Source of the DNA: Malacoraja senta
Taxonomy: Eukaryota
Assembly (NCBI GenBank): GCA_038087875.1
Contig: CM075992.1
Span: 436,001 to 500,000 of the forward strand
Direction: 5' to 3'
DNA: 64,000 bases
Positions within the stretch are counted from its first letter, which is position 1. Every line of letters starts with the position of its first letter. Made by a program: the position numbers and the translations under genes. The notes under the pieces are model-generated. The model did no database searches. It was not told the origin of the DNA and worked only from the letters and a program-made list of their open reading frames with translations. Shown piece by piece: positions 13,201 through 24,800 of this stretch.

Positions 13201-15245
13201 CATTTTACAGCAAATTAAGGGCTTTTGAAGTTTGGCTCCTAAAGGAACTGTCTTCTGCTTCGCAAGGTTTCACAAGCAAGGAGTGAGAGGCTGGCAACTG
13301 ATGAGGGTTGCCTTGTGGACAAGTCACGGGCTTTGTGATTTTCCGCAGTAACTATTTGCAGGTTGTATATTTCATAAACCAGGATTTAAAATTAAATAAA
13401 TGTAATTATTTCCACTGTCCCCTCGCATCCATTATCCCATTTCATCCTCTGCATCTAATGGGCATCGTTCCTTTAAGATGTACTGTGTATCATTGACAGT
13501 GTGACAAAGCATTCCATGATCTGCCACTAACCCCATTCCCCACTTCATTCAGTGAGAAAACTTCTCAACACCTTGTTAAACTTTGTCAAGATTAAACAAA
13601 AATCTACATTAAATCTATTTTTAATCTCCTTAGTATTAGTCAACTCAGACTTTATTTTTGTCTATTCTTTTCTCAAAGGGTTAAAGCCTATTCACTGTGG
13701 ACTTTGTTTTTGTTGCACTTGCACGATGTTGGTCCAGCATTAGTGATTATTAAATCATTTCATTATTGATTATTGTATATTTATTTGTATGTTTTGTTTT
13801 TATGGGTTGGTTAAACTGCAACAAGTACAAATGTCATTGTTCCAATACTGCTACATGTGACAATTAAATACTATTGACCATTTAACCACCTCCAATTTAG
13901 CTGACAGAACAGATTACTCGCTCTTCATTGCGTTTCCAAAATCCTGTGATTCAGGAAGGCATTTGTCCAATATAAGATTCAGCTCTCCTGCACCAAACCT
14001 CTTATAGATCCTAAGACTTCCATTCTCTTTGCAAACCCCAGTGGAATGACAGAGAATAAAATAGCGTGAATTCAAAACAGATTTTAAAAAGAGAAAGAAA
14101 AATCTTAAAGAAAATAATCAAATTTAATTCCAGAAATCTTTCACTGGATATCTTCACTGGATTAAGGCAGAGATAGATAGATTCTTGATTAGTACAGGTG
14201 ACGGGTTATGGGGAGAAGGCAGGAAAATGGGGTTAGGAGGGAGAGATAGATTAGCCATGAATGAATGGCGTAGTAGTCTTGATGGGCTAAATAGCGTAGT
14301 AGTCTTGATGGCCGAATAGCCTAATTCTGCTCCGAAAACATGAACTTACAACAACATGTTTAAATTGTATTGAGTGCAATCATTGACACACCTTTATGGT
14401 GCAAAGCCCCACCTTTATTTTCTAGGCCATTGTAATTAATAATTAAGGTGCAAACATTGCAGCCTGAGCTGCCCCCTTTATTGTACAGAATCCACTCACC
14501 GATTCATGGATGAAAAAATTCCCCCCTTCCCACGGGCCACTGGGCAGTGTACACATTGGTGAGTGACAGTAAAGAAAACATATCAGCAGTGAAATTTGAG
14601 TTGTTGACTTTAATACCTCCCATCATTATTAAACGCAAATTATTTTATATTGTGCAGTAGAAATATCAGGAACCAAGCCCCAAAGTATTTAGTGTTCAGA
14701 CAGGAATATACTTGACTATGAAATCTTGAATAGTAAATTTTAATTTAATTGGAGTATCAACTCAGTCGGAGAGTTTCATTATTTAACACGTATCATGCAA
14801 ATAATTCCTCTGAGAAAATGTAAGTGTTGCATATCGATGAAATCGCCAGATGGGAGAAGCATTTCTGAGCATTATACAATTGAGACCATTCAGTCAAGAA
14901 AATCTCTTTAAGCCAGAGTAGGAAGATTCAAAAATCAATGCAATGACATTTAATTAAAATTTCATGTAATTAAATACATGGGAAGAGAAGGCATTGCAGT
15001 GTAACAGTGCTGAACTGTGTCTGAGGATTATTGAATGGGTATGCTTTTCAATCAGAGCACAGAAAGAGGCAATTGAACCTGCAAGCCTCTGCTAGCTCTT
15101 TGACTGATTATCTCCGTTTGCCTGAATAAATCCTTCCCCACTCACAATTATACTTCAGCAAAATAAGATGCAAGGAGATATTTGCCCAATTTACTAGACA
15201 ATCATCTCCAAACCAAGGGCCATCATCCCTTCATCTTCATGAAGT

Positions 15246-15273
15246 CTGAAGAAGGGTCTCAACCCGAAACGTC
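15246..15273 (+). ncRNA. Minimal hammerhead ribozyme motif in a truncated PLE-derived element
   Basis: CTGAAGAAGGGTCTCAACCCGAAACGTC, core intact. Confidence 0.6.
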
Positions 15274-15719
15274 AATCATTTCTTCTCTCCTGAGATGTTG
15301 CCTGTACCTAGGGTTGCCAACTGTCCCGTATTAGCCGGGACATTCCGTATATTGGCCTCCACAGCTTTCTGTGGGAATGAATTCCACAGATTCACCACCC
15401 TCTGACTAAATAGATAGATAGATAGATAGATTCCTTTATTGTCATTCAGACCTTTCGCTCTGAACGAAATTATGTTGCCCGCAGTCATACACAGAACCAA
15501 TAATAACAAAACATACAATAAACACAAATTAAATTAATTCTTTAATTAAAAATTAAAATGTTTAATTAAACACAAATTAAAGAATCTTTAAACTCTGCTT
15601 TGCGGCGGACTGGAGGATGTTTGACTGGCCACCACTACAGGCTGTGAACCTGGAGTAGATCTCTTGGAAGGACGTGCCAGGACGCCATTCCAATTCAAGT
15701 GCAGGGACTATCTCTCTCT

Positions 15720-15840
15720 CTCTTTTGTGACGTCACACTCACCGCCCGCCGACGTCAACGAACCGCACCCTGCGTGACGTCACGAAGGGAAGGGAAGTGA
15801 CGTGTCCTCCGGAGACGCGGAAAGGCCAAGATGGCGCCGA
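15720..15840 (+). promoter_or_regulatory. STXBP2 CpG-island promoter with CRE cluster, ETS-CRE composite and YY1 motif
   Basis: TGACGTCA at 15728-15735 and 15775-15782; GACGTCA at 15751-15757; GGAAGTGACGT at 15793-15803; CAAGATGGCG at 15827-15836 overlapping the ATG. Confidence 0.8.
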
Positions 15841-15867
15841 CAGGGCTGAAGGCGGTGGTCGGGGAAA
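15831..15867 (+). CDS. STXBP2: STXBP2 exon 1
   Basis: [12 protein letters not shown](K); donor A|GTAAGT. Confidence 0.95.
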
Positions 15868-18800
15868 GTAAGTTGCCGTCGTCCGGCCTTAGTTTACCGC
15901 CGCTGTTGTTGTCCGAGCTCTCAGCGGGGCGCGGCTTCCTCTGCGGAGGGTGGCGAGGGCGGGCAGCGCAGCGCAGCGCAGCACCGGGTCTCGGGGATGT
16001 CGGAGCTCCGGGCCGGGCCGGGCCGGTCGTTGTGTCGGAAGGAACTGCAGATGGCTGCTGGTTGACACCGAAGATAAGACACAAAGTGCTGGAGTAACTC
16101 GGTGGGACAGGCAGCATCTCTGGAGAGAAGGAATGGGTGATGTTTCGGGACGAGACCCATCTCCAGACTTGTTGACAAGGGGAGTCCCGCCCCTTCAGCA
16201 GCCCGATTACTCCGTCAGCTCACTAGCATTTCGTGTCTATCAGTGATATCACCACATTAATTTAGCCTCACTGATATGTAACATGACTTCACACAATACC
16301 TGGAATAAAGGGAAACAGAGGTAGACAAAAGTGCTGGAGAAACTCAGCGGGTACAGCAGCAGCATCTATGGAGCGAAGGAAATAGGCAACGTTTCGGGCC
16401 GAAACGCTTCTATCAGGCCTATAAAGGGAAACAAGCTATTTACTGGTTTAGTTTAGAGATACAGCATGGAAACAGGCCTGTGGCCCACCCAGTCCGTGCC
16501 CTCCAGCAATCACCCCGCATGTGCTAACGCTATTCTACATGCACTCGGGACAATTCACAATGTTAGCAAGTCAATTAACCTACAACCCTGTATGCTTTTG
16601 GAGTGTGGGAGGAAACCGGAGCACCAGGAGAAAACCCACACAGGTCGCGGGAGGACCGTGCAAACTCCGTACAGATAGCATCCCCACAGACAGGATAGAA
16701 CCTTGGTCTCTGGCGCTGTGAGGCAGCAACTCTGCCGCTGTGCCACCGTGCTGCCTGTGTTTGGGCTGATGGATGTAGCAGGTCCTGGGCTTTACACAGC
16801 TGGCCTAGGGCATGCACCCATTGCCACCGCTCCGCCGCTTCTCTGCTGCTTATATGCTTGTTTATATGCACCAGACTTGGGGGGTAACAAAAGTGTCTTA
16901 ATAAAAAAGGGGGAAGGAGTCGGATGGTCCTGTGGTTGCTCCTGATAAAATCATATAAACTTATCGGCTCTGAACTCAATGTTTCCTGTTTTGTGAAAGT
17001 TGTGAAATGCAGTGCCGTTAAATGACACTGCCTTAAAAAGGAACACATACTGTTCTTTGAAATAGAAAGATCCCTTTGGGAGGGGGGTGTGAATCACAGT
17101 GGAAGAAAAAATTACCTTCCCCCAATGAGCATTATTCCCAATTAGTTAGTGAAATGTTCATATCGAGGTTCTTCAGTGGGGTTCAGTGCAGTTGGAGGCG
17201 TCTCATATCAGCCACCCCTTTGTTCATCAGCTTTAATTTTCATTTAGAAATTCGAGCCTAAGATTTCTTAATTAAAATATAACTTGTCTGTTTAAAAATA
17301 AACATTGATAAAATTATTTGGGTGTAATCTATGGAAGGGACGATTGAATTGTTTTGGCTATTACAGAAAAAGTAGAGTTATCCAATGTCATGAGCATCTT
17401 GACTGCGGTGCATCTTGGACAATACAGCTCACCCCCTCCATGACACACTGGTCAACCTGAGGAGTACGAAGGTAGATAAAAAGGCTGGAGAAACTCAGCG
17501 GGTGTGGCAGCATCTATGGAGCGAAGGAAATAGGCAACGTTTCAGCCCGAAATGTTGCCTATTTCCTTCGCTCCATAGATACTGCTGCACCCGCTGAGTT
17601 TCTCCAGCATTTTTAATCTAACTTCGATTTTCCAGCATCTGCAGTTCCTTCTTAAACAACCTGAGGAGTACCTTCAGCAACAGACTGCAGTACTGAACAC
17701 CACAGGGGATCCTTCTTCCCTGTGGCTATCAAACAGTACATCTCCTCCCCCTTCTGTTGTGGAGTAAGATTGGCTCCCCTCCCTTCAGACTTCTGAGTAT
17801 GTGGTTAATGGAAGGTTCAACATATTGTTGAAGAGAAGCATTCTCAAAATTTGTAGGCAGTAGAAGGGACAAGAGATGTGTATGTGAGCTTCAGATGAAT
17901 TGTCAGTGACATCTGAAAACTGTATTGTCATGTTGTTACTGGAGGGGGGATTGTTGGAATTGCAGATAGATGTGAAATGGAATGTACATTCACTGAAGGT
18001 GTGGGATGATATAGTGTCCAAGTGTGGCCAGGTTTTTCTGGGCAGAATAATGACAGGTTTCAATGCCTTATGGTTCAGTTTGTTATAGTTGGTCTTAAAT
18101 TCCCAATCTCTTCCGGTCTGATGCAGTACTGTACCCACACAGCGAAAAGGGTACTGTAGATGTAAACAATCTGTTCAATCAGGATAGATTGTAACCAGGT
18201 ATCCATTAATAATCCCCAAAAAGGTTCTCCCCTTTGCTATGCCTATGTAGCCTAACTGTCATTATGCTGCCCATTTCTCTCCACTACTTTGCATTTGGCA
18301 ACATTAAACCGTTTAATTTCTCAGCTGACCTTCCCAACTTTGCAAAGTTTCTGCACCCGATCAATTGGTGAATTCCGGTTCCTTACACGGTCTGCTTATA
18401 ACCCAACAAGCTATGCTTAACTAGTTGCATCAAATTCTGGGTAATTGTTATCTATAAAAGTTTCATTTTATTTGCTTGTGTTCTTTCCACCACAGATAAT
18501 ACTAACTCACCAACACTGCACTCATTTGATTTTCCTTCCCATATGATCTATGACTGGATGTTTCACAATACCCTGTAACATTTTATGCAAAAACATTGCA
18601 AGACACCCAAAGTACTGTAAAAAGCTTTGAAGTATCCTTACGTCATTTGAGATTAATTGCACTGAGAGCCATTTTGTGGAACCCTTGGTACATTCATTGC
18701 ACTGAGAGCCATTTTGTGGAACCCTTGGAGCACTGAGCCCCAAGGCGAGATAGTGTTACCGCTGACCCCAGATCTCCTGTGACTGCCAATTTTCCATCAG

Positions 18801-21800
18801 TCCATTCTTCATGCAAAACCTTTCCTTGGACAAAGGACTTGCAGTGCAATTGGAGTGCATTGAAATAAGCTTGCCTGTCTTGCATAGAAGAATTCCACAA
18901 TGTGTTCATCCTGAGTATTCCCAAGAATGAAGACAAACTGGATAACTGTTTGTAAAATCACAGTATTGATAATTCTCAATTGTTTAGTATATCAATATGG
19001 CAAAATACCAATGAAACTGAAGTGTTTTAATTTCATGTGGGTTAGCTGTATCATTCTACTGAATTCACATTGCCCTGGGCAGTCGCCACAAATCGTTCAC
19101 CCGTCACCAATAATATTTACTCCCTTAATTTTTCTGGAGCCTTAGCACAATCCCATTTAATGCTTTAGCAGTGTGTCGATATCTTGTGTCTGTTTCATTA
19201 ACATCATTGAAATTTCAGTGGCTACATTGATGTCAATTGGAAGGTAGCTAAAGAGACAATTTGTGGTAAATATCCCACAGATATGCTTTGGGTGATTATT
19301 TTGTTCTAAAACAACTCTGCATAAGTTGTTCCCGATGTTCCTATAATGTTCCCCATGTTGGGGGAGTCCAGAACCAGTTTAAGAATAAGGGGTAGGCCAT
19401 TTAGGACTGAGATGAGGAAAAACATTTTCACACAGAGAGTTGTGAATCTATGGAATTCTCTGCCACAGAAGGCAGTGGAGGCCGATTCACTGGATGTTTT
19501 CAAGAAAGAGTTAGATATAAGCTCTTGGGGCTAATGGAATCAAGGGATATGGGGAGAAAGCAGGAACAGGGTACTGATTTTGGATGATCAGCCATGATCA
19601 TATTGAATGGTGGTGTTGGCTGGAAGGGCTGAATGACCTACTCCTGCTCCTATTTCTATGTTTCTATAAGGATTTGGCTATCGTGAGTGCTGCCTATATA
19701 CTCGGTGACTCTGAGTTGGTCATTTTGCAATCACTCCTTTCCCATAACTCTACTATTAAACTAGGAGTGAACTTAATTTTGTTTTGGTTCATTAATGACG
19801 TGGTTATGTTCTGTCTTCACAAAGTACCAAACCGTGTACGCCATTCTTCTCACCTTTAGCAGAACTAGGAAACTTCTTTTAGTTAATTTGTTCCTTTTTC
19901 TGAAACAACAGTAAATTCCAATTTGAAATTGGTTTCCTTGCTATTTTAAATGAACACTTAAAATGGTCTCTTAAATAAACATCTTGCAACGTCACTTAAA
20001 ATACTTTGAGTTTGTAATGTTTTTGACAGTTCTTATCACATGACTTTAATTTTAAGAGCTTCCTGGAAATACTTTTAAAGCTCTCGCCATTAGTGATATC
20101 ATTAAGATCTTGGTAGCAATTGTGTGAAACTCATTGAATTGTTGCTGGAAGTGCAAAAAACACGAAGTATGACATTTGTAGTCTTAAGTGTTTGTGCAGA
20201 ACATTTACATGATAGCATTTTGCAGATGTTTGATGTTTCAGTCATGGCTGATCTATCTTTCCCTCCTAACCCCATTCTCCTGTCTTCTCCCCATAACCTC
20301 TGACACCCGTACTAATCAAGAATCTATCTATCTCTGCCTTAAAAATATCTATTGACTTGTCTCCGACAGCCTTCTGTGGCAATTCATTCCACAGACTCAC
20401 CACCCTCTGACTAAAGAAAATTAGACATAGAAACATATAGGTGCAGGAGTAGGCCATTCGGCCCGTCGAGCCAGCTCCGCCATTAAGTATGATCATCTAA
20501 AATCAGTCCCCGTTCCTGCTTTTTCCCTATATACCTTGATTCCGTTAGCCCTAAGAGCTAAACAATTCCTCCTCATCTCCATCCTTAAGGAACATGCTTT
20601 AATTCTGAGGCTATGTCCTCTGGTCCTAGACCCTCCACTAGTGATTGCATCAGGAGTCAGATAGCAGTGAGGGGAGAAGCTGTTCTTGGATCTGGACATA
20701 AGTTTTCAAACTCCTGCATTTTCTCTCAAAAGGTCGGGGAGAAAAGGAAAAATCCAAGGGAACAGGCATCTTTAGCAATACTTCTAGCCTTTCTGATACA
20801 GTGGAAGCTGAAAATGGACTGGATATTGAATCTGTGATGGACTGGGCTGTATTTGGAGGGACGGTGGGGGGGAATAAACTGCAGGCGAGAAAAGATCAGA
20901 ACAAATCGGGGCCGGCAACAGGTCACTCAGGAAGGGTGGAGCCAGCTGATATAAACCAACATCTGCAGTTGCGTTGTATACAAGAATACGTTGTCGGGCT
21001 ACTGGGGAATAAGGGGTGGGGAGGGAATAGTGCTGGTGGGATTGCTCTGCTAGGAGCTGGTGTGAACATAATAATTGAATAGCGGTTTCTATGTATATAT
21101 GTTAAGTATATATCTGGAGTTTAAATAAACTGCTTTCATTTATTGGGCTGGACATTTTAAGTCATGAATTGTAAAAAGCGTTTTAAAGTGAAACGTGAAG
21201 GATAAAGAACAACATTGAAGAATGGTCTACAAGGTCTCGACCTGAAAACGTCACACATTCCTTCTCTCCGGAGATGCTGCCTGTCCCTCTGAGTCACTCC
21301 AACATTTTGTGTCTATCTTCGGTTTAAACCAACATCTGCAGTTCCTTCCCACACATTGAAGAATGTTTGCTGTTGTGAATCATTTTGTTCAAAGCATGTT
21401 TTATAATAAATAGTTTTGATAAATTGTCAGCAATCTAGAAAATATCTGCTATTTATCTTCCATGGGTGCTGTCTGACCTGACTGGTGTTGGTGTTTCCGG
21501 CATTTTCTGTTTTTATTTCAGATTTCCAGCATCTGCAGCATTTCTTATTTTTCAGTAGCCTATTTTATGTTGGTTGAATTCAAGTTATTTTATGTGAGTA
21601 ATGGTAAGCTGAGGAAGAGGGTGTTGTCAAAATTGTGTGTGTTTGTTTCTGGCAATGTGCATGTTTGGTGAGTACGAACATAGCCTTATGTCTGTGGGTG
21701 TGACTATCTTTAATTGGACTGTACTGAACTTTACCTTGCACTAAATGTTATTCCCATTATCATGTATCTGTACACTGTAAATGGCTCGATTGTAATCATG

Positions 21801-24800
21801 TACTTTCTGCTGACTGGTTAGGACACAACAAAACACTTTTCACTGTACCTCGGGACAAGTGACGATAAACTAATTGAGCATATTCAAACTTGCTGGAGGT
21901 GTCATAAGTCATATGAGCAGAAATAGGCCTTTCAGCCCATCGAGTCTACACCGCCATTCAATCATGACTTTCTCTCTCAACCCCATTCTCCTGCCTTCTC
22001 CCCATAACCTTTGACACTTACTAATCAAAAACCTGTCAATCTCCGTCTGAAAAATACCCAATGATGGCACCCACAGCCGTCTGTGGCAATTAATTCCACA
22101 GATTCACCAACCTCTGACTAAACAATTAAATTCTTTGGCAACTGTTTACATATTTTGCATTTATTGGGGTGTTGTCTCTTGAACTGCTGCATTACATAGT
22201 ATCTTGCCCTTTAAATTGGAGACTTTCTGTTGCTTGTGTGTTTTAGATGCTGCTATTGATTTCCCTGTTTAAATACCCCAAGGATTTCCCTCTTACTGGG
22301 TAACAGATGCTTCAAGTGGTTGAGCAAAGAGAGGTTTGCTGGAAACAATCAGAAATCTGCGCTCTGGGCAGTTGTTGCTTCCGCAAAAACAAGAATGTTC
22401 AGCATTGTGAGCATTCCTGCCTCTCCCTGTCACGGTAATTTTTAAAGGGTGTATTGTAAACGAAGGAATGTTTAAAGATCTTGATTGTGATAACTGAGCG
22501 ATGAGGAATGATAAAGATGCACACATTCGGGTTTGGAAATTAGATAGTGGTGACACCTGGTAGGTATTTTAAAATGGAGGCGTTGCTCAGTAGGTCAAGA
22601 AGCATGGCAGTGGAGGGATGAATGAAATTTAGTGCAAGTTAGCACAGGTGCTGGGGACTTTTGATTGTATTTTGGTAAGTCAAATCAGGGCAGGGCTTGT
22701 ACAATATTGGTGGGACCCTGGCGATTGATGTGGGGCAGTGAGATGTGTAGAAACGGACATATAGCGCTGGAGTAATTCAGCAGGTCAGGTAGCATCCCTG
22801 GGGAACAAGTATAGGTGCGAGAGTCCTCCCAGCGGCCTCTCGCCGCTGGGATGACTCTCCCAGCGGCGAGACTCTCCCAGGGGGCGCTGACCTGTGTGCG
22901 GCTGCCCAGCCAGCAGCTGTCTGTCCTTTCACCTTTATTTTTTATTTTAGTCAGTAAAGTGTTTTGTTTTGGAGGTCTAGACTTTTTTGTGTGGGGGGGG
23001 GGGAAGGGGGGAAACTACCTTTCAGGGTCCCTACCTGGCCAGAGAGGCAGCTTTTCCTCCGGGCTGCAGCTTCGACCCGTCCTCGCGGCCTACCAGCGGG
23101 CGTGGAGCGGCGGTTCCTGTCGGGGACCGCCCAGAACCTCGGCTTCGGCGGCGGCACAGCGCTGGAGCGCTATCGCGGAGCGGGCGATGCCTTGCCCGGG
23201 TCGCCGCGCTGGAGCTCCGGTGAGCTGAGGATCGCTGGAGAAAACATCACAGAGCTGCGGGGACTGTGGAGCGACCAGCTGCGGGCGGCGGCGCTGAACT
23301 TTACACCGGGAGCCTGGGATCTCTAGATGAGAGCGGCAGTTGTGGAGCTCCAACCGGCACGGCCTTGTTAGCTTCGGAAGCCGCGGCCCCCAGTGCGGAA
23401 GCGGCCGTTCCAGGGTTCCCAGCCGCTGGGAGGACTCTCCCGACGCCGGAGCAACATCACCCGGCGAGAACGGCCTGGAACATCGGGCCTCCGTAGAGGC
23501 AACTGTGGAGGCCTCAATGGGCCCGACTATGGGTGAACTGGGGTTGGGGACTGGACTTTGTGCCTTCCCTCATGGTGGGAGTCATTGTGGGGGGATGTTC
23601 AGTGTTAAGACTATCTTGGTGTTGTGTCTGTATTCTCCTTATTCTCTTTTTTGTGTGCTGCATAATGGCAAAAAGCATTTCACTTCACTACACCCGGGTG
23701 TATGTGAATGTGACTAATAAAAATATCTTGAATCTTGATCTTGAATCTTGCTGCTTGACCTGCTGAGATACTCTAGCACTTTGTGTCCTGTTGTGTATGA
23801 GTTGGGCTAAGGGGCCGGTTTCCATGCTGTGCGACTAGTCTCCAATGGAAGGCCTTCTCTATCTTTCAGTCTGAAGAAGGGTTCTGACCCGAAACATCAC
23901 CTATTCCTTTTCTCCAGAGATGTTGCCTGACCCACTGAGTTACTCCAACATTTTGTCCATCTTTAGACTCTAATGTAATTTGATCTCCAATTTGAGTATC
24001 TTTCACAGCTATTTGTGACTGGTTTATACTACAGCTAGCAAAAGCCCTTCAACCTCCTCCATGTGTACAAAACAGATTTTAATGTGCACAAGCACAATTT
24101 TTGTAAAATAATTGGTTTGCCTCTTGCTGATTCTGTTTAAGAATATTTCCTCTTTTAGGCGAATACTCAGGGCCTGTATCACAATTTCTTGAAGGTTATT
24201 TGCAAATTGAAATTCTGTATTTAAATCTAATTGAGTAGATTTGTAAGTTTTTATAATGTTAAGAATATAACACAGCCCCAACTCCCCATGATTGTTTTGA
24301 CATTGCCCGTCTCCTCATTGCAAAAATAGAAATTTGCCCATTACTTCCGTTTTTGGCAACTTAACTGGATCTTTTTTGTTTCTCTCATAGAAATTTTAAC
24401 TGGAGTCATCAAGAATTTGAAGAAGGACGGCGAATGGAAGGTTTGTGACTGCAGTTGGAATGGAGACGGTGTGAACGCTTTGGCGTGGGGGCGGATCATT
24501 AGGGGCTGCCTTTGGCCATTGGGTTTTTTCATTCATTCATTTGCACCTCTCCAGTGTAAATACTGTAGAATTTGGAAGTGGGACAACAAAACTCTGATAT
24601 TGGGTTATGGTGGAGTTTAATGACAGTGAGTTAACCAAAATTGATCAATTCAATATTGAGCACAAAAACCTTCAGATTTTGATGTCTACGTAATTTCAGG
24701 CCTGTCCCCCATGCACACACCAGTCTCCTTCCTTCTCAGGATGCTTTGGCTACATTTACACATTTATTAAAAAAATTGTGAAGTTTCAATTTGTGCTTGG

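Noticed and set aside
15308..15352. hAT (Blackjack/MER94-like) terminal inverted repeat TAGGGTTGCCAACTGTCCCG
   Set aside because: Only one short end is visible with no partner TIR or TSD; too little to call
22815..23766. Overlapping 68-137 aa ORFs as a nested gene
   Set aside because: GC-rich repeat with no recognisable protein motifs or consistent splice structure
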